Below are positions 23,565 to 35,453 of a stretch of 64,000 nucleotides of DNA, one piece after another. The DNA comes from Schmidtea polychroa (taxonomy: Eukaryota), in contig CM097885.1 of the NCBI GenBank assembly GCA_044892525.1, positions 17,672,001 through 17,736,000 of the forward strand. The letters are read 5' to 3'. Below the pieces are notes generated by a model, which had not been told where the DNA came from, did no database searches, and saw only the letters and a program-made list of their open reading frames with translations. The position numbers were made by a program, and so were the translations under genes. Position 1 is the stretch's first letter; every line of letters begins with the position of its first letter.

Positions 23565-25257
23565 ATGGACGTTTCGTCTTTAGATTTAAAAACGGTCTCT
23601 GTACCAGACATTTTAATAAATAAATTAAATTTATATGTAAATAAATTAAAATCATGTAAAATTCAATTTTGTCTAAAGGTGGAATTTATAAAAGATGATG
23701 AGTTACAATCTTTTGTAATCTCGAATTCCGCCCGAGTTTGGAGATATACATTCATTGACGAAGGTATTGCTCGTTTAAATGAAAAAATAATTAAAATTAA
23801 TGAGAAAGGTAGTAATTGGACTATCAATAAAATCGAATACATAAGCTTTGTTCTGACTAAATTTGCTGAAATAAGTCGTTTAAGTGGTAGAAGCTTTATT
23901 GAAACCCCAAAATCTTTAAGAAACTTAAGCTGTCTCATTAATGCAGTTAATAATGACCAATTCTGCTTTTTGTATAGTTTCTTGTCAATTATTAAATATG
24001 ACAGTATAAATAGGCAATATAGAAATCGCCCTAATTCCTACAATCTTTCTGATATTAAATTTGATTCTAATGATATGCCGATGAAACTATCAAATATAAG
24101 TAAATTTGAACAACAAAATCCAGGTTATAGTATTAATGTTCTTACTTACAACGAAAAGGCTTTGATAGACATTTCCGATGAAGATGCAGTTATGAAACAT
24201 CCCTTTATTGATATAATATACAGGAGTAAGATAGTAGGAGCCATACCTATCAATTTATTATTAATTGAAAAGAATGATAATTATCATTATCTTGGAATCA
24301 CAGACCTAAATAGATTCCTTAATTGTAGGAATAGTTCAATCACTCCTGTTAGGATTTGTAGTCAGTGGTGCCCTAGGTGTTTAAACGGGTTTAGGAATGA
24401 TGACGCTTTTAATAGACATAAGGGTCTTTGTGATAAAAATCAGCTTGGTACTACCTTGTACACATTGCCTAAAAATAAATATTTAGAATTTACTGACTGG
24501 AGTAAAACAGTTACTCCTCCGTTTGTTATTTACGCCGAATTTGAGGCTATCTTACCTAAAGACACTCTCTATTTTCAACGTCATCTACCTATTTCTGCCG
24601 GTATACTTTTTATTAATAATTTTACGGGAGTAAAAATTTATAAGTCGTTTACCGGTTTAGATTGTGTCGATCAATTTCTTACTGAAATTGAAATGATAGG
24701 GAAATATATTGTAACTCCTTATTATTATAAAAATTATCAAAAGAAAATGATAATTACAGATGAACAACAATTAATGTTTGAAAACAGTACATCCTGTTAT
24801 TTGTGCAATAAGCCTTTAGTTAGTCCAGTTAGGGACCATGATCATTTTACCGGTCTATATCTTAGTGCCGCTTGTACAACTTGTAATCTGTCGAGGCAAA
24901 TTAGACATATCCTTCCTGTAGTATTTCATAATTTAAAGGGTTATGATCTGCATCATATCTTGAAATTTGGCCTTTCAAAATACCATTCATGGAATATTAG
25001 TTGTATTCCTTTAACCAGCGATAAATTCCTTAGTCTTTTTGCTAGGATTGACTCATTAACTGTTAAATTTATAGACTCATCAATTTGTCAGCGAGTCTTT
25101 GAATAATGCTGTCAAAACTTCATCATCTTTACCCTTGACCGAATCAGAATTTCAGGGTACAATAATAACTGCAAAGGGAATTTTTCCTTATGATGCCGCA
25201 ACTTCATTAGAGGTTTTGCATAACACTCATCAGTTACCTCCTATTTGGAAAGATGTG
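23565..25257 (+). pseudogene. Protein-primed family B DNA polymerase of A, 5' part
   Basis: GSNW, INAVNNDQFCFLYS, FVIYAEFEA, EndoVII-like VRDHDHFTG...CN, VVFHNLKGYD, FIDS, KGIFPY. Frameshift near 25080, cut by element B. Confidence 0.92.
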
Positions 25258-25565
25258 AGTAGTGTGTATCTATCCCTAACGACCACAAGCCTCCCAGCTG
25301 TTTTCATGTTTTATACCTATTTTTTTCCCGTTTTATACCTATTTTTCCCCCATAAACGTAAAAAAAAAACACTTAAAACCTTAAAAACCTATATCTTTTA
25401 ATTTCTTTATTCCGAAGACATTTTGCTTTCAAAATAAAAACTTAAAAAACAACAAAAATATTAAAAAAACAACACAAAATGTTAATAAAACAGGGAAAAA
25501 AATACTGATAAAACTATGAAAAACGTTTGTCGGCTTGCGGTCGTTAGGGATAGATACACACTACT
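25258..25565. repeat. Left TIR of B, itself bounded by a 34-bp inverted repeat
   Basis: AGTAGTGTGTATCTATCCCTAACGACCACAAGCC ... GGCTTGCGGTCGTTAGGGATAGATACACACTACT. Confidence 0.92.
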
Positions 25566-25567
25566 TG

Positions 25568-25718
25568 CAGGTCGCCAGTTTATCAAGTCGCCAGTTTATC
25601 AAGTCGCCAGTTTATCAAGTCGATAGTTTGTCAAGTCAATGATGCAATCGCTGCGGTCTTGGCAAGTCGACAGCTTGGTAAGTCGACAGCTTGGCAGGTC
25701 GATAGCTTGGCAAGCTGC
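25568..25718. repeat. Subterminal 16-bp tandem repeats
   Basis: GTCGCCAGTTTATCAA x3, then GTCGA(C/T)AG(C/T)TTG variants. Confidence 0.85.
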
Positions 25719-25875
25719 TAGAATATAAATATAAAAAAAATAAAAAAAAAATAAAAATAAAAATAAAAAAATAAAAAAAATAAAAATAAAAAAAAATAAA
25801 AATAAAAATAAAAATAAATATATAAAAATTTAAAATTTAAAAACAACGTATCCAGTAAAAAAATTTTTTCTAAAA

Positions 25876-28800
25876 ATGAATTGTAATATTTGCAATAAAG
25901 TTTTTAAAAATAAAACAGGATTAATTTCTCACTATAAATCGAAAGCTCACTTACTAAAAGAAAATAATCTTAATGACACAAATTCAAAAGTTTGTACTAA
26001 ATGTAAAGGAAGATTTCTACATTCTGGATATAATAAACATTTTGAAAATTGTATCGGGAAAAATAGAGAAATATTTACATGTCCTCATTGTAACTTTTCA
26101 ACAAAACTAAATTTCTATTATTTAAGACATTTAAAAGAATGTAAAAATAAAAAACAAAATTCTGACGTTGAAGAATGTCATTCAGAAGGAGAACCTGATC
26201 ATGTTGAAAGAGAAAAATACAACTGGGATGATTTTAATCATATAGATGAATTTCAATTAAAAATTAATGGACCTGCAACCCCTGGAGAATATATAAGGAG
26301 AAATAAAAAAAATATTAAAAATTCTTTCACTGAAGCTTTAAAAAATTATAAACCAACAAGGTATAATGTTATAAAATATAAAATTACAATCAAAGCAAAA
26401 TATTGGAGAGGACCAGAAGAAAAGACAACTCCTTTAGATGTTGAAATTGGAATACCTTTTAAATATTTATTTTCAACTAGAGGATTTAATAAAAGCATCA
26501 AAGAAATAATTCAAGCAGTAGAAGCAAAACAAGAAGAGGTTGAAAATGAATTAGGAGATTCAAACTTAGTATTCAACTCTTTCCAAACTTTAGTGATTGA
26601 TTATTGGAGAGGATTACCACCTAATCCTAAATCTTATATTCAAACACCCTTTAGATCTAGGGTTGTTATAAATGTACAGAATAAGGATAACAAATGTTTC
26701 ATGTGGTCAATACTTGCATATTTACATCCTCAAGCTGAAAACCCTCAAAGAGTTTCAAAATACAAACAATATGAAAATGAATTAATATTTCCCAAGGGAT
26801 TCACACACCCAATGAAACTAGAAGACATTCCAGAATTTGAAAAACTAAATAATCTTAAACTTAATATTTATGAACATGTTAAAGGATGGGGACATGGAAG
26901 GAAAGATATTATTCCAATTTATATTTCTGATAGTGATAGCACGAGGGAGATATATCTTTTAATCTTGGAAGAAGGAAATAATCAACATTATGTTTTAATA
27001 AAAGACTTTCAAGCTTTTACATCACCAGAGAATCCAACTAGTGGAGGAGGAACATGTAAAAGATGTCTTCATTATTCAACAACTAAAAACTCTATGATTA
27101 AACATGCAAGATTTTGTGAAAAAGATGATCCAGCTTTAATTAGAATGCCTACAGATCCCAGGATGTATTTTAAAAACTTTACAAATTTATTACAAACATT
27201 AGGAGTTGTCTATGGAGACTTTGAATCTATAAATCGTAAACAAGATATAATTATGCAATATTTAAAAATAATAGAAAAATATAAACTCATGGATGAATGG
27301 AAAGCCTCTAAACAGAAGATGAAACCAGAGAGGATGAAAGCCTTTCTAAGAAAAAGAAATAAACCTAATAGTGTTAAAAAAACTAAACAATTACCATCTG
27401 CTTATAAATTATTATTTAAAAGTAATTATAGAATCTAGAGAATATGCATTTCAAGGAACTTCAGAAGATGTTTTAAATCATTTTACTAAAAGTATAAATG
27501 ATCTAGAACATGAAATATTTAAAATATTAAAAACAAAGTATCCTCAAAAAATTTCTAATCAACAACAACAAGAATATGAAAATACTTCCAACTGTTGGAT
27601 GTGTAAACAAGACATTCTTCCTGATGATAAAGTTATAGATCACGATCATTTAAAAAAGGAAAATAATTATCGAGGAGCAGCCCATAGAAATTGTAATCTT
27701 AATTGTCATACTCCTAAATTTGTACCAGTTATATTTCATAATCTTTTTGGTTATGACATACATCTATTTATTAAACATTTAGCAGAAAATGCTAAAAACT
27801 CTTTCAAAGTTATAGGACTTACAAAGGAAAAATATAAATCAGTTGAATATGGAAAATTAAAATTTATAGACTCGTTAAACTTTCTCAAATGTCTCTAGAT
27901 GGAATAGCTAAAACAATGAAAGCAGAAAATTTTAAAATCACTCGAGAATTCTTGGAAAAAAATAATATCCCCCAGAAGAATATCCTACATGCTTAGCAAA
28001 AGGAATATATCCCTATGACTATGTTGATTCATTTGAAAAATATAATGAAACAAAATTACCAGAGAAAGAAGATTTCTATTCCCAACTTCAAAAATCTCAT
28101 ATTACAAATCAAGAATATTCTCGAGCAAATAAAATGTGGGATCTTTTCAACTGTAAAACTTTAGGAGAATATACAAGTATGTACTTATCCCTAGATGTTT
28201 ATATTCTAGCAGATTGCTTTGAAGAATTTACAAAGTCTTTTGTTCTTAAACCTTATAATTATATAACAGCTCCTTCTTTAGCTTGGGATACTATGTTATA
28301 TACCATTTGGACTTCAGATCTTCCAGAATCTGATAAAATTATAGATCTTTTAACCGACCAAGATATGTTTAATCAAATTAAAACAAACATTAGAGGAGGA
28401 GTATCTTCAGTAATGGGGAATAGAGAAATAAAAGCTAGAAATGCAATAACTACTAGCCGAAGAATCTCTAAACACCCTGATCCATATATAAAACTTAACA
28501 ATGAGGAACTAAAAGAAGTATTAGAAGGAATGAAAAATCCTCTATTTATACTTTATATAGATGCAACAGCTTTATATTCAGGAATTATGACTCAATATTT
28601 ACCAATGAGTGACTTTCAAGAAATATACTCCTCTGAAGGACTTCCAGAAATAGAATGCCCTCCAGAAGAATATTTAAAGACTCTTATGAATGAAATACTT
28701 TCAACTCCTAAAGATTCTCCAATAGGATACTTTGTAGAATGTGACCTCGACTACCCAGATGATATAAAATCAGGAACAAGACATTTCCCTTTAGCTCCTA

Positions 28801-30200
28801 TAAGAAGAAAGATTGATATCAACGAACTTTCACTCTGGCAAATCTCACAAGATAAACCTCCAACAATGAAACTTCTTTGTGATCAAACAGATCGAACTTA
28901 TTATCTTTGTCACTATAGACTCCTCCAGTTTTATCTTTCACAAGGAATGATATTAAAAAAAGTTCATAGTGTCATAAGATTTAAACAAGCAGCATTCATG
29001 AAGACTTTCATCGAGGAGAACATTCGTTGTCGAAACATTGCAAAAAGAGAAGGTAACCTTTTAAAAGACAATAATTATAAACTTTTAAACAATTCAGTCT
29101 TTGGGAAGACAATGGAGAATGTTGATAAATATACTCATATTGAACTCCTAACAAATACCCCGAAAGATATAGCCCGTTATAATCGTATGCTAGGAAAGCC
29201 TACATTTAAAAATGCAGAAGTATTTTCTGAAAATCTTACTGCAGTAGAACTACAGAATTTTGAGAAAACATATAATAAACCAATATTTATCGGCTTTGCA
29301 ATTTTAGAACTTTCAAAATTACAAATGTATGAAACATATTATAACATCTTACAACCTATATATGGATCGAATATAGCAATGCATGCAATGGATACAGATT
29401 CAATGTTTTTAACAATAAGAACTCACGATTTACAAAGTGATATCTCTGAAAATCCTATACTTTCAAATTTAATAAATTCATCTGGAGAATTATTTTCGTT
29501 TAAAGATGAAAAACCTTTTACTCCTATAGAAAATGGAATATTTATTCGTGCTAAACAATATTCATATGAAACATTTACAAATCCTAAATTTGAAGAACAT
29601 TCATTTATATTTAAAACCCCAGAAACAGAAGAAAGCATTACACATAGATATCCTATATTCCCTAAAGGACCTGACGGACAGGGAGAAAAACCTGTAAAGG
29701 ATAACAGATGTAAAGGAATTCAGAGATGTGTAGCAAAGAATCTTTCTCATCAAGATTATATAGATACATTGAATCCAAATCATAAAGATAAAATTGATGA
29801 AATACATCAACTTAAAAGTGAAAAGCATGATATTTACTTGATAGAATCCCAAAAAGTATCATTATCAAATTATGATGACAAAAGATTCATACTAAGTGAT
29901 TTAAAGACAACTCTTCCTATAGGAAATAATTTAATACCGATAATAAAAAATCTTGATAGATTGAATCAGTTATATGGTACAAAGATTACTGATCTTGATA
30001 TTTATAATGTTGAAATCATTTATCCTGAGAGAATTGAGAAACCTTTATATTCTCAAGTTTTTAATCCTATATGTTTAGAACTTAAATATTTTAATACTGA
30101 TCCTGAATATATAAAAGGTCTAAGTGATAAAGAATTTAAAGATCATAAAGAGGTTCTAAAAACTAATTTCGAAAAGTTAACATCAGATTCTATCAAATGA
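25876..30200 (+). pseudogene. Protein-primed family B DNA polymerase of B (frameshifted)
   Basis: N-terminal C2H2 fingers, INVQNKDNKCFMWS, VYGDFES, EndoVII-like DHDH...YRGAAHRNCN, FHNLFGYD, YIDATALY, KLLNNSVFGKT, MDTDS, CKGI, YDDKR. Frame breaks near 27430 and 27895-27980. Confidence 0.95.
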
Positions 30201-30274
30201 TTTTTTTCTTTTAAAAATGTCAACAATTAATTTAAGAGTGACAACATCAACCTTTTGAAGGGCAATAAATTTTT

Positions 30275-30895
30275 TTATGTATGATTCTTTAGCCACTTCT
30301 TTCGTTTAATTTTTTTAGAATATTCATTACTTATAACATTAGCACTTTTTAATCTTATAACCTCATTTTTAATATCTTGTATTATTTGATTTGATTTCAT
30401 TATTTCTTCGTCTGTTAGGATTCCATCTTCCAAAGCTTTTAATTGAAATAAAAATAATTTAGAGATTCCTAATTCTATTGATAAACAAACTTCTCTATAT
30501 AAACTTTTCTTTTTAGAAGTATAAGATAATGAAACTATTTCAGTTAAGAAACCATCAGCTACAGAAATACTTCCAAGTATTACAGGTGCAAGAGTAACAA
30601 CTGGTAAAGTTATGGGTAAAATAACTGTTAATATTGCAGATGCAAATCCTAAATAATAACCTATAACTTTTAAAACTGTATTCCCTTTATTCCATCTATT
30701 TTTAATTTTTTTATAATGCTTTAATAAATCTTGTAAATGTAAGGTTTCTGATTTAAATTCTTTTACTCTCATAATTTCAAGTTCTGTGGGAGCCGAGGCC
30801 TTGGAACCTTTGTGACCTTCGGAATAATATCTTGATGACAATTCTGGGTAAATTTTTTCTTCTCTTACTTCTTCCATCTTTTGGACTTTGTCCAT
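30275..30895 (-). CDS. Polinton putative membrane protein
   Basis: Central hydrophobic hairpin and KALEDGILTDEE motif. Conserved in E (61775-62386). Confidence 0.7.
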   Translation of the reverse strand: MDKVQKMEEVREEKIYPELSSRYYSEGHKGSKASAPTELEIMRVKEFKSETLHLQDLLKHYKKIKNRWNKGNTVLKVIGYYLGFASAILTVILPITLPVVTLAPVILGSISVADGFLTEIVSLSYTSKKKSLYREVCLSIELGISKLFLFQLKALEDGILTDEEIMKSNQIIQDIKNEVIRLKSANVISNEYSKKIKRKKWLKNHT

Positions 30896-30903
30896 TTTAA
30901 TAA

Positions 30904-31908
30904 TTAAAAAAATAAGACTTTATTCTTCTGAGCACCATCTGGTACCAATACTCGGATATCAAAAGAAACTCTTGTTGAGAGAATATCTTTATACAATTCT
31001 CTCAATGCTTTACGAACTTCATCAACATCAACCTTTTTTTCATAAAATATTAAATCTATATATTGTACAAGTGTGCTTTTAAAAATAATATTCTTACTTT
31101 TAACTTTATGTAGTCCATGTGAATGAGTATTAACATACCAATCTCCGTGTGGTAAATCATAACTAGTCATTATAACATCACCCTTTTCAAGCTTACTATT
31201 ATAATCACATTTCACAAACCATTTCATTCTTTCATTATCATCATCAAACAAAAAGAAATAAGGATCAATAATCTTTACAACCATAAAAACACCCCATTCT
31301 TTACTGTTTGTTGTTATTAAACTTGGTTCTATAAAATGTTTATATGTATGGGGTAATAATGTTTTATTCTGTTCTAATTCAGCAGCTCTTTTTCTAATAC
31401 TATGTGTGGTGTTAATGTGTGTTCCATGAGACTTTAAATTTGAAATTCTTTTATTAAATGATGTAATCATCTCATTTATTATATTATATATTGTATTAAA
31501 TTTAGTATTCATAATTTGTTTATCTTTAGAATTTAATATGCTAGTATTTAACTTTACAACTTGTTCAGTTAACAGACTTTGTAACTTGTCAAATTTATCA
31601 TTAAATCGTTGTTCGATATTATTAAGCTTTGATTCCATTGAATCAATTTTTGTTGTTAATGAACTTTCAATTCTTGTTGTTGTTAAATCAGTATATTTTT
31701 TAACACCATCTACATATTTCTTATTAACTGCATCGAGATTATCAACTGGAAAAGATAAATCTTTTATCTTGTGTGCATTCATACTTAAATCACTCTTCAT
31801 TGAATCACCTCTTTCATTAATATATTTATTTTCTGTTAAAGTTAATATGTCTTCTGTATCAACCCCAATTGTTCCTCCACCTTTATTACATGGAATATAA
31901 GAACTCAT
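30904..31908 (-). CDS. Putative fibre/spike-like protein
   Basis: GDSMKSDLSMNAHKIKDL..P....DAVNKKYVD (tail-fibre/trimeric-adhesin-like motif), then a coiled coil and a globular C-terminus. Adjacent to penton and conserved in E. Confidence 0.6.
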   Translation of the reverse strand: MSSYIPCNKGGGTIGVDTEDILTLTENKYINERGDSMKSDLSMNAHKIKDLSFPVDNLDAVNKKYVDGVKKYTDLTTTRIESSLTTKIDSMESKLNNIEQRFNDKFDKLQSLLTEQVVKLNTSILNSKDKQIMNTKFNTIYNIINEMITSFNKRISNLKSHGTHINTTHSIRKRAAELEQNKTLLPHTYKHFIEPSLITTNSKEWGVFMVVKIIDPYFFLFDDDNERMKWFVKCDYNSKLEKGDVIMTSYDLPHGDWYVNTHSHGLHKVKSKNIIFKSTLVQYIDLIFYEKKVDVDEVRKALRELYKDILSTRVSFDIRVLVPDGAQKNKVLFF

Positions 31909-32012
31909 TTATTAGGGGATTAAAATACTTAAGAATTCCTCTCCCCCTTTGTACACTTCGTTAGTCCTTCTCCGCCTTCTCCCTTTTAGTCCTTCTCCCC
32001 CTTGTGACTTCC

Positions 32013-32768
32013 TCAGACCTGTTTCAAATGTAAATACATTGAAATCTCTTCTCCATTAAAATCAATCAATTCTCCTTCTTGATTAAGAATTTTAAAATTA
32101 ATATCCATTATATATTTTCTACATAAAGGTAAATAATTTGGAGGATTCATTCTTTCAACTATTTTATATCCCATAGGAACTGTGTTTGAGGGAAAGGAAT
32201 ATAAAACATTTGTTTGTTTACCATTATTATAAGAACCAGTTATACAATCGCAATGAATATTTATTGTGTTTGTATTTATTATTTTTATAATATTTTCTGA
32301 TGTAACTACAGGTGTGATATAATGGTTTCGTGTAAATCCTAAAATTGTTCTAAAGAAACTATTATTTTGAAAATGAATTCCTATATTCTCTAAAGTCATT
32401 ATACATTTTGAAGTTGGTAAATCCATTTTAATTTTAATGACTCCATTTGTTTTTTTAGAAAGTATATTATTTAAATCTTTTATCTCATAAGCTCCGGGTT
32501 CGATTGTTATTATAATCTTATCTGTAGATTTTGGGCTTATATAATAAAATATGTTATTATCTTTAGTTATATTAAAAATAGTATTATAAGCACAAAACCA
32601 TAATAGTCCTAATTCATAATTTAAATTTTGATCTAATTTAATTTAATCTTGAAAGTTTATAGTAAAGTCTGATTCTTTTGAATTTATAGATAAAGTTCTT
32701 GAATATTTATCTGACATTATGTTTACCATTTTTTTTAAATTATCTTCCGGAAGGTTGCGAAGCTCCAT
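32013..32768 (-). pseudogene. Polinton B minor capsid protein (penton) with premature stop
   Basis: Collinear with intact 59967-60731, but FQDSIK has become FQD*IK at ~32644. INIHCDCITGSY...LIDFNGEEI motifs. Confidence 0.88.
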
Positions 32769-32770
32769 TT

Positions 32771-33202
32771 TCATAGTATAGATTTTAAATCATTATAAAT
32801 TTCTTGGATTAAGGAAGTGAAACCTTCTCCTTTGGATTTATTCAATCTATACAAAACATATAAGCTTAAAATACCACATATTTTAGTATTATTAGGTTGA
32901 ACTTGTAAAGAATTAAAAGTGTAGTCCGAGAGATAGTCTTCAACTTCTTTAGTGGGTTTAATCCCAAAAGAATCAAAGTATATAGATTTATTATATATAC
33001 AAACCCAATGAGATCCTTTTTCATTTGAATTTTGATAATTTATAATGATATTCTTTGGAGTGTCTTCTTTCAGACTCGACAATTCATCATTCATTAATAT
33101 TTTTATTTTTAAATTTAAATAATCTGCATAATCTTTTAAATCAAAATTTGTTTTTGTATTTATTCCAAATGTTTTTAAAAAATCTAATATTGAAGGAGTC
33201 AT
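32771..33202 (-). CDS. Adenain-like cysteine protease
   Basis: GSHWVC, YFDSFG and QVQ...CG motifs. Confidence 0.92.
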   Translation of the reverse strand: MTPSILDFLKTFGINTKTNFDLKDYADYLNLKIKILMNDELSSLKEDTPKNIIINYQNSNEKGSHWVCIYNKSIYFDSFGIKPTKEVEDYLSDYTFNSLQVQPNNTKICGILSLYVLYRLNKSKGEGFTSLIQEIYNDLKSIL

Positions 33203-33224
33203 TTTATATTTTATAACTTTGTAT

Positions 33225-34022
33225 TTATAACTTCGTATACTTATTAAATTTATCTTTTGAAATTATTCCTTGTTTTAATAATTCTTTAGAAATCTTTAAA
33301 ATATCAGAATCTAAATTATTATGTCCTGCTTTTTTAGCTGCTAATAGTTTTCTTAATTCAATAAAAAGATTGATTGGGTTTATCTCCTTACCCTTTCCCT
33401 GGCCCTGACCCTGGCCCTCTCCTTCTGTGACAATATAACCCCTTTCATTTTTATTTAAATATTTCTTTAAATCTTGAATATGTTTTGCTTTAGCACTACC
33501 ATGTACTAATTCTATTAAATTTAAATATTTTTTAATTTCTAGAAGATCAACATTCTCTGAGGGATATCCACAAACTAATCCATAAAAATCATCTGTAAAT
33601 TCAAAATCTAGGTGTTTAGTATTATAAACATTTTGTGAATGAATACGTGATTTATTTTCTGAATTTAAATATAACAGAAAGTCATGTTTATTAATTGTTA
33701 TTATTTGATATCCTTCAACATTAATATTAAATGTAGGTTTAATTGTTTTACTTAAACTCACATTAATTTTAGGATCAAGTATAAGAGGTTTTATATTTAA
33801 ATCTCCCAACCATGGTAATTCTTTTAAATCTTGTTTATCTTCCAACTCTTTAAATTTTAAAACTTCTAACTCTTTTATGGCTTTAATTGTTGGTCCTTGT
33901 TGTTGTTGGATTACCTCATTTAATATTATAGATTCAGCGTGTTGAGTTGTATCTTTTTTATTATATTTATCTTGTTCTGATTGTAATTTTTTTAAAAGTG
34001 CTAATCTTTCTTCATATACCAT
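33225..34022 (-). CDS. Conserved Polinton protein of unknown function
   Basis: C-terminal LRKLLAAKKAGHN...ELLKQGII motif typical of Polinton ORFs. Homologue in E. Confidence 0.7.
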   Translation of the reverse strand: MVYEERLALLKKLQSEQDKYNKKDTTQHAESIILNEVIQQQQGPTIKAIKELEVLKFKELEDKQDLKELPWLGDLNIKPLILDPKINVSLSKTIKPTFNINVEGYQIITINKHDFLLYLNSENKSRIHSQNVYNTKHLDFEFTDDFYGLVCGYPSENVDLLEIKKYLNLIELVHGSAKAKHIQDLKKYLNKNERGYIVTEGEGQGQGQGKGKEINPINLFIELRKLLAAKKAGHNNLDSDILKISKELLKQGIISKDKFNKYTKL

Positions 34023-34044
34023 TTTAATGGTATTAAAAATGGTA

Positions 34045-34647
34045 TCATTTTGGTAAAGGATCCGTTGGAAAGGATTTCAAGTATAAACCTTTACCATTTT
34101 TAATTTTACAAAGACATCCATTCTTTAAAGATTTACATATTTTTTTAAAATCATCTTTATCTTTTGAAGATAAAGATTCAGATGATGAAATTTGATTTTT
34201 TAAAAAATCATTTAAACCACGGCCTTTATAAGGATCAAGATAGAGACCCCTTCCCTGAGACTTTTGCAGACTCCCCTCATATGGATTAAGATAGAGACCC
34301 TTTCCAACGGACACTCCCCCTTTAGCTTGATCCTTCTTCATTGAATCGATTTCAGTTTGTAGTTTTTCTTTTTCTAGGTCTGTCTTTTGAGATTCTTTAG
34401 CTTTTTGAACTGTAGTTGCAATTCCTCCAGCTATTCCAGCAGCACCTGATAGTCCGGCAATGATTGCAGGTATTAAAGCAGCTAATGGAAGAATGCCACC
34501 TTCTTTAGCTTCGTGGAGCTTCGCTCTAACTTGTTCTTTTACATGTTTTCCAATAAAATATTTTTTACCAGAGATTACTACTGATTTATTCTTGTCTGAA
34601 TTTATTAATTCTTGCAAAAATTCCTCTGTAGGGTTTTGTGTTGTCAT
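34045..34647 (-). CDS. Polinton core-like precursor protein
   Basis: EGGILPLAALIP...AGIAGGIA hydrophobic segment and repeated G(K/R)GL motifs. Confidence 0.75.
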   Translation of the reverse strand: MTTQNPTEEFLQELINSDKNKSVVISGKKYFIGKHVKEQVRAKLHEAKEGGILPLAALIPAIIAGLSGAAGIAGGIATTVQKAKESQKTDLEKEKLQTEIDSMKKDQAKGGVSVGKGLYLNPYEGSLQKSQGRGLYLDPYKGRGLNDFLKNQISSSESLSSKDKDDFKKICKSLKNGCLCKIKNGKGLYLKSFPTDPLPK

Positions 34648-34662
34648 TTTATAATAAATAAA

Positions 34663-35442
34663 ATGGATATTTGGAAACCAATTTTAAATAGACATAAGAG
34701 TAAATTTAATAATAAAGTATTTCCTGATAATTTTAGATGCTTAATTATTGGATCTTCTGGATGTGGAAAGAATGTTCTTCTTTTGAGGATGTTATTAGAA
34801 GATGGTTTTTTAGATTATAATAATTTAATCTTTTATTCTACAACCATTAACCAACCAGAATTACAACTTTTGAAATGTGGATTTGAAAATAAATTAACTA
34901 AAAAAGCTATAATTGATATTTTTAAAAATCAACATACATATCCCGAAGAGGTTTTTCATCCTTGTGATATGGTTGATTGGTACAAGGAAAAGATTTTAGA
35001 ATCAGATATTAGTAATAAAAATGATTATATAGGGGATGGAATCCAGATCTTATTCTCTAATAAACCTGAAGATGTTTTACATTGTGATTTACTTCCTAAA
35101 GATAAAAAGAATCTAGTTATATTTGATGATGTTGTTAACATGAAAAATCAAGAGATTCAAAAGAGTTACTTTACACGAGGTAGACATAATAATTGTAATG
35201 TTATTTATATATCTCAAACATATTATGCTTTAGATAAAAACTCTATAAGAAATAATTCTAATTGTTTTATATTTTTTAAATTAGACAAGCGTGATAAGAA
35301 TATGATTTATAATGATTTATTTTCAAATGTTGAACCTGATAAGAATATGTTTGATATGTTTGTTGATAATCATTGGAAAGAAAAATATAATTATATTTAT
35401 TTGGATAGAGAAGAAGCTGAAATGTGGAAAAGTTTATTTTAG
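34663..35442 (+). CDS. Polinton B packaging ATPase
   Basis: GSSGCGK, VIFDD, RGRHNN, YISQ and IRNN motifs. Confidence 0.93.
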   Translation: MDIWKPILNRHKSKFNNKVFPDNFRCLIIGSSGCGKNVLLLRMLLEDGFLDYNNLIFYSTTINQPELQLLKCGFENKLTKKAIIDIFKNQHTYPEEVFHPCDMVDWYKEKILESDISNKNDYIGDGIQILFSNKPEDVLHCDLLPKDKKNLVIFDDVVNMKNQEIQKSYFTRGRHNNCNVIYISQTYYALDKNSIRNNSNCFIFFKLDKRDKNMIYNDLFSNVEPDKNMFDMFVDNHWKEKYNYIYLDREEAEMWKSLF

Positions 35443-35453
35443 GGCTTGTCGAC

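Noticed and set aside
25568..25718. CRISPR-like array
   Set aside because: Contiguous 16-bp tandem units without unique spacers, no cas genes, eukaryotic TE context.
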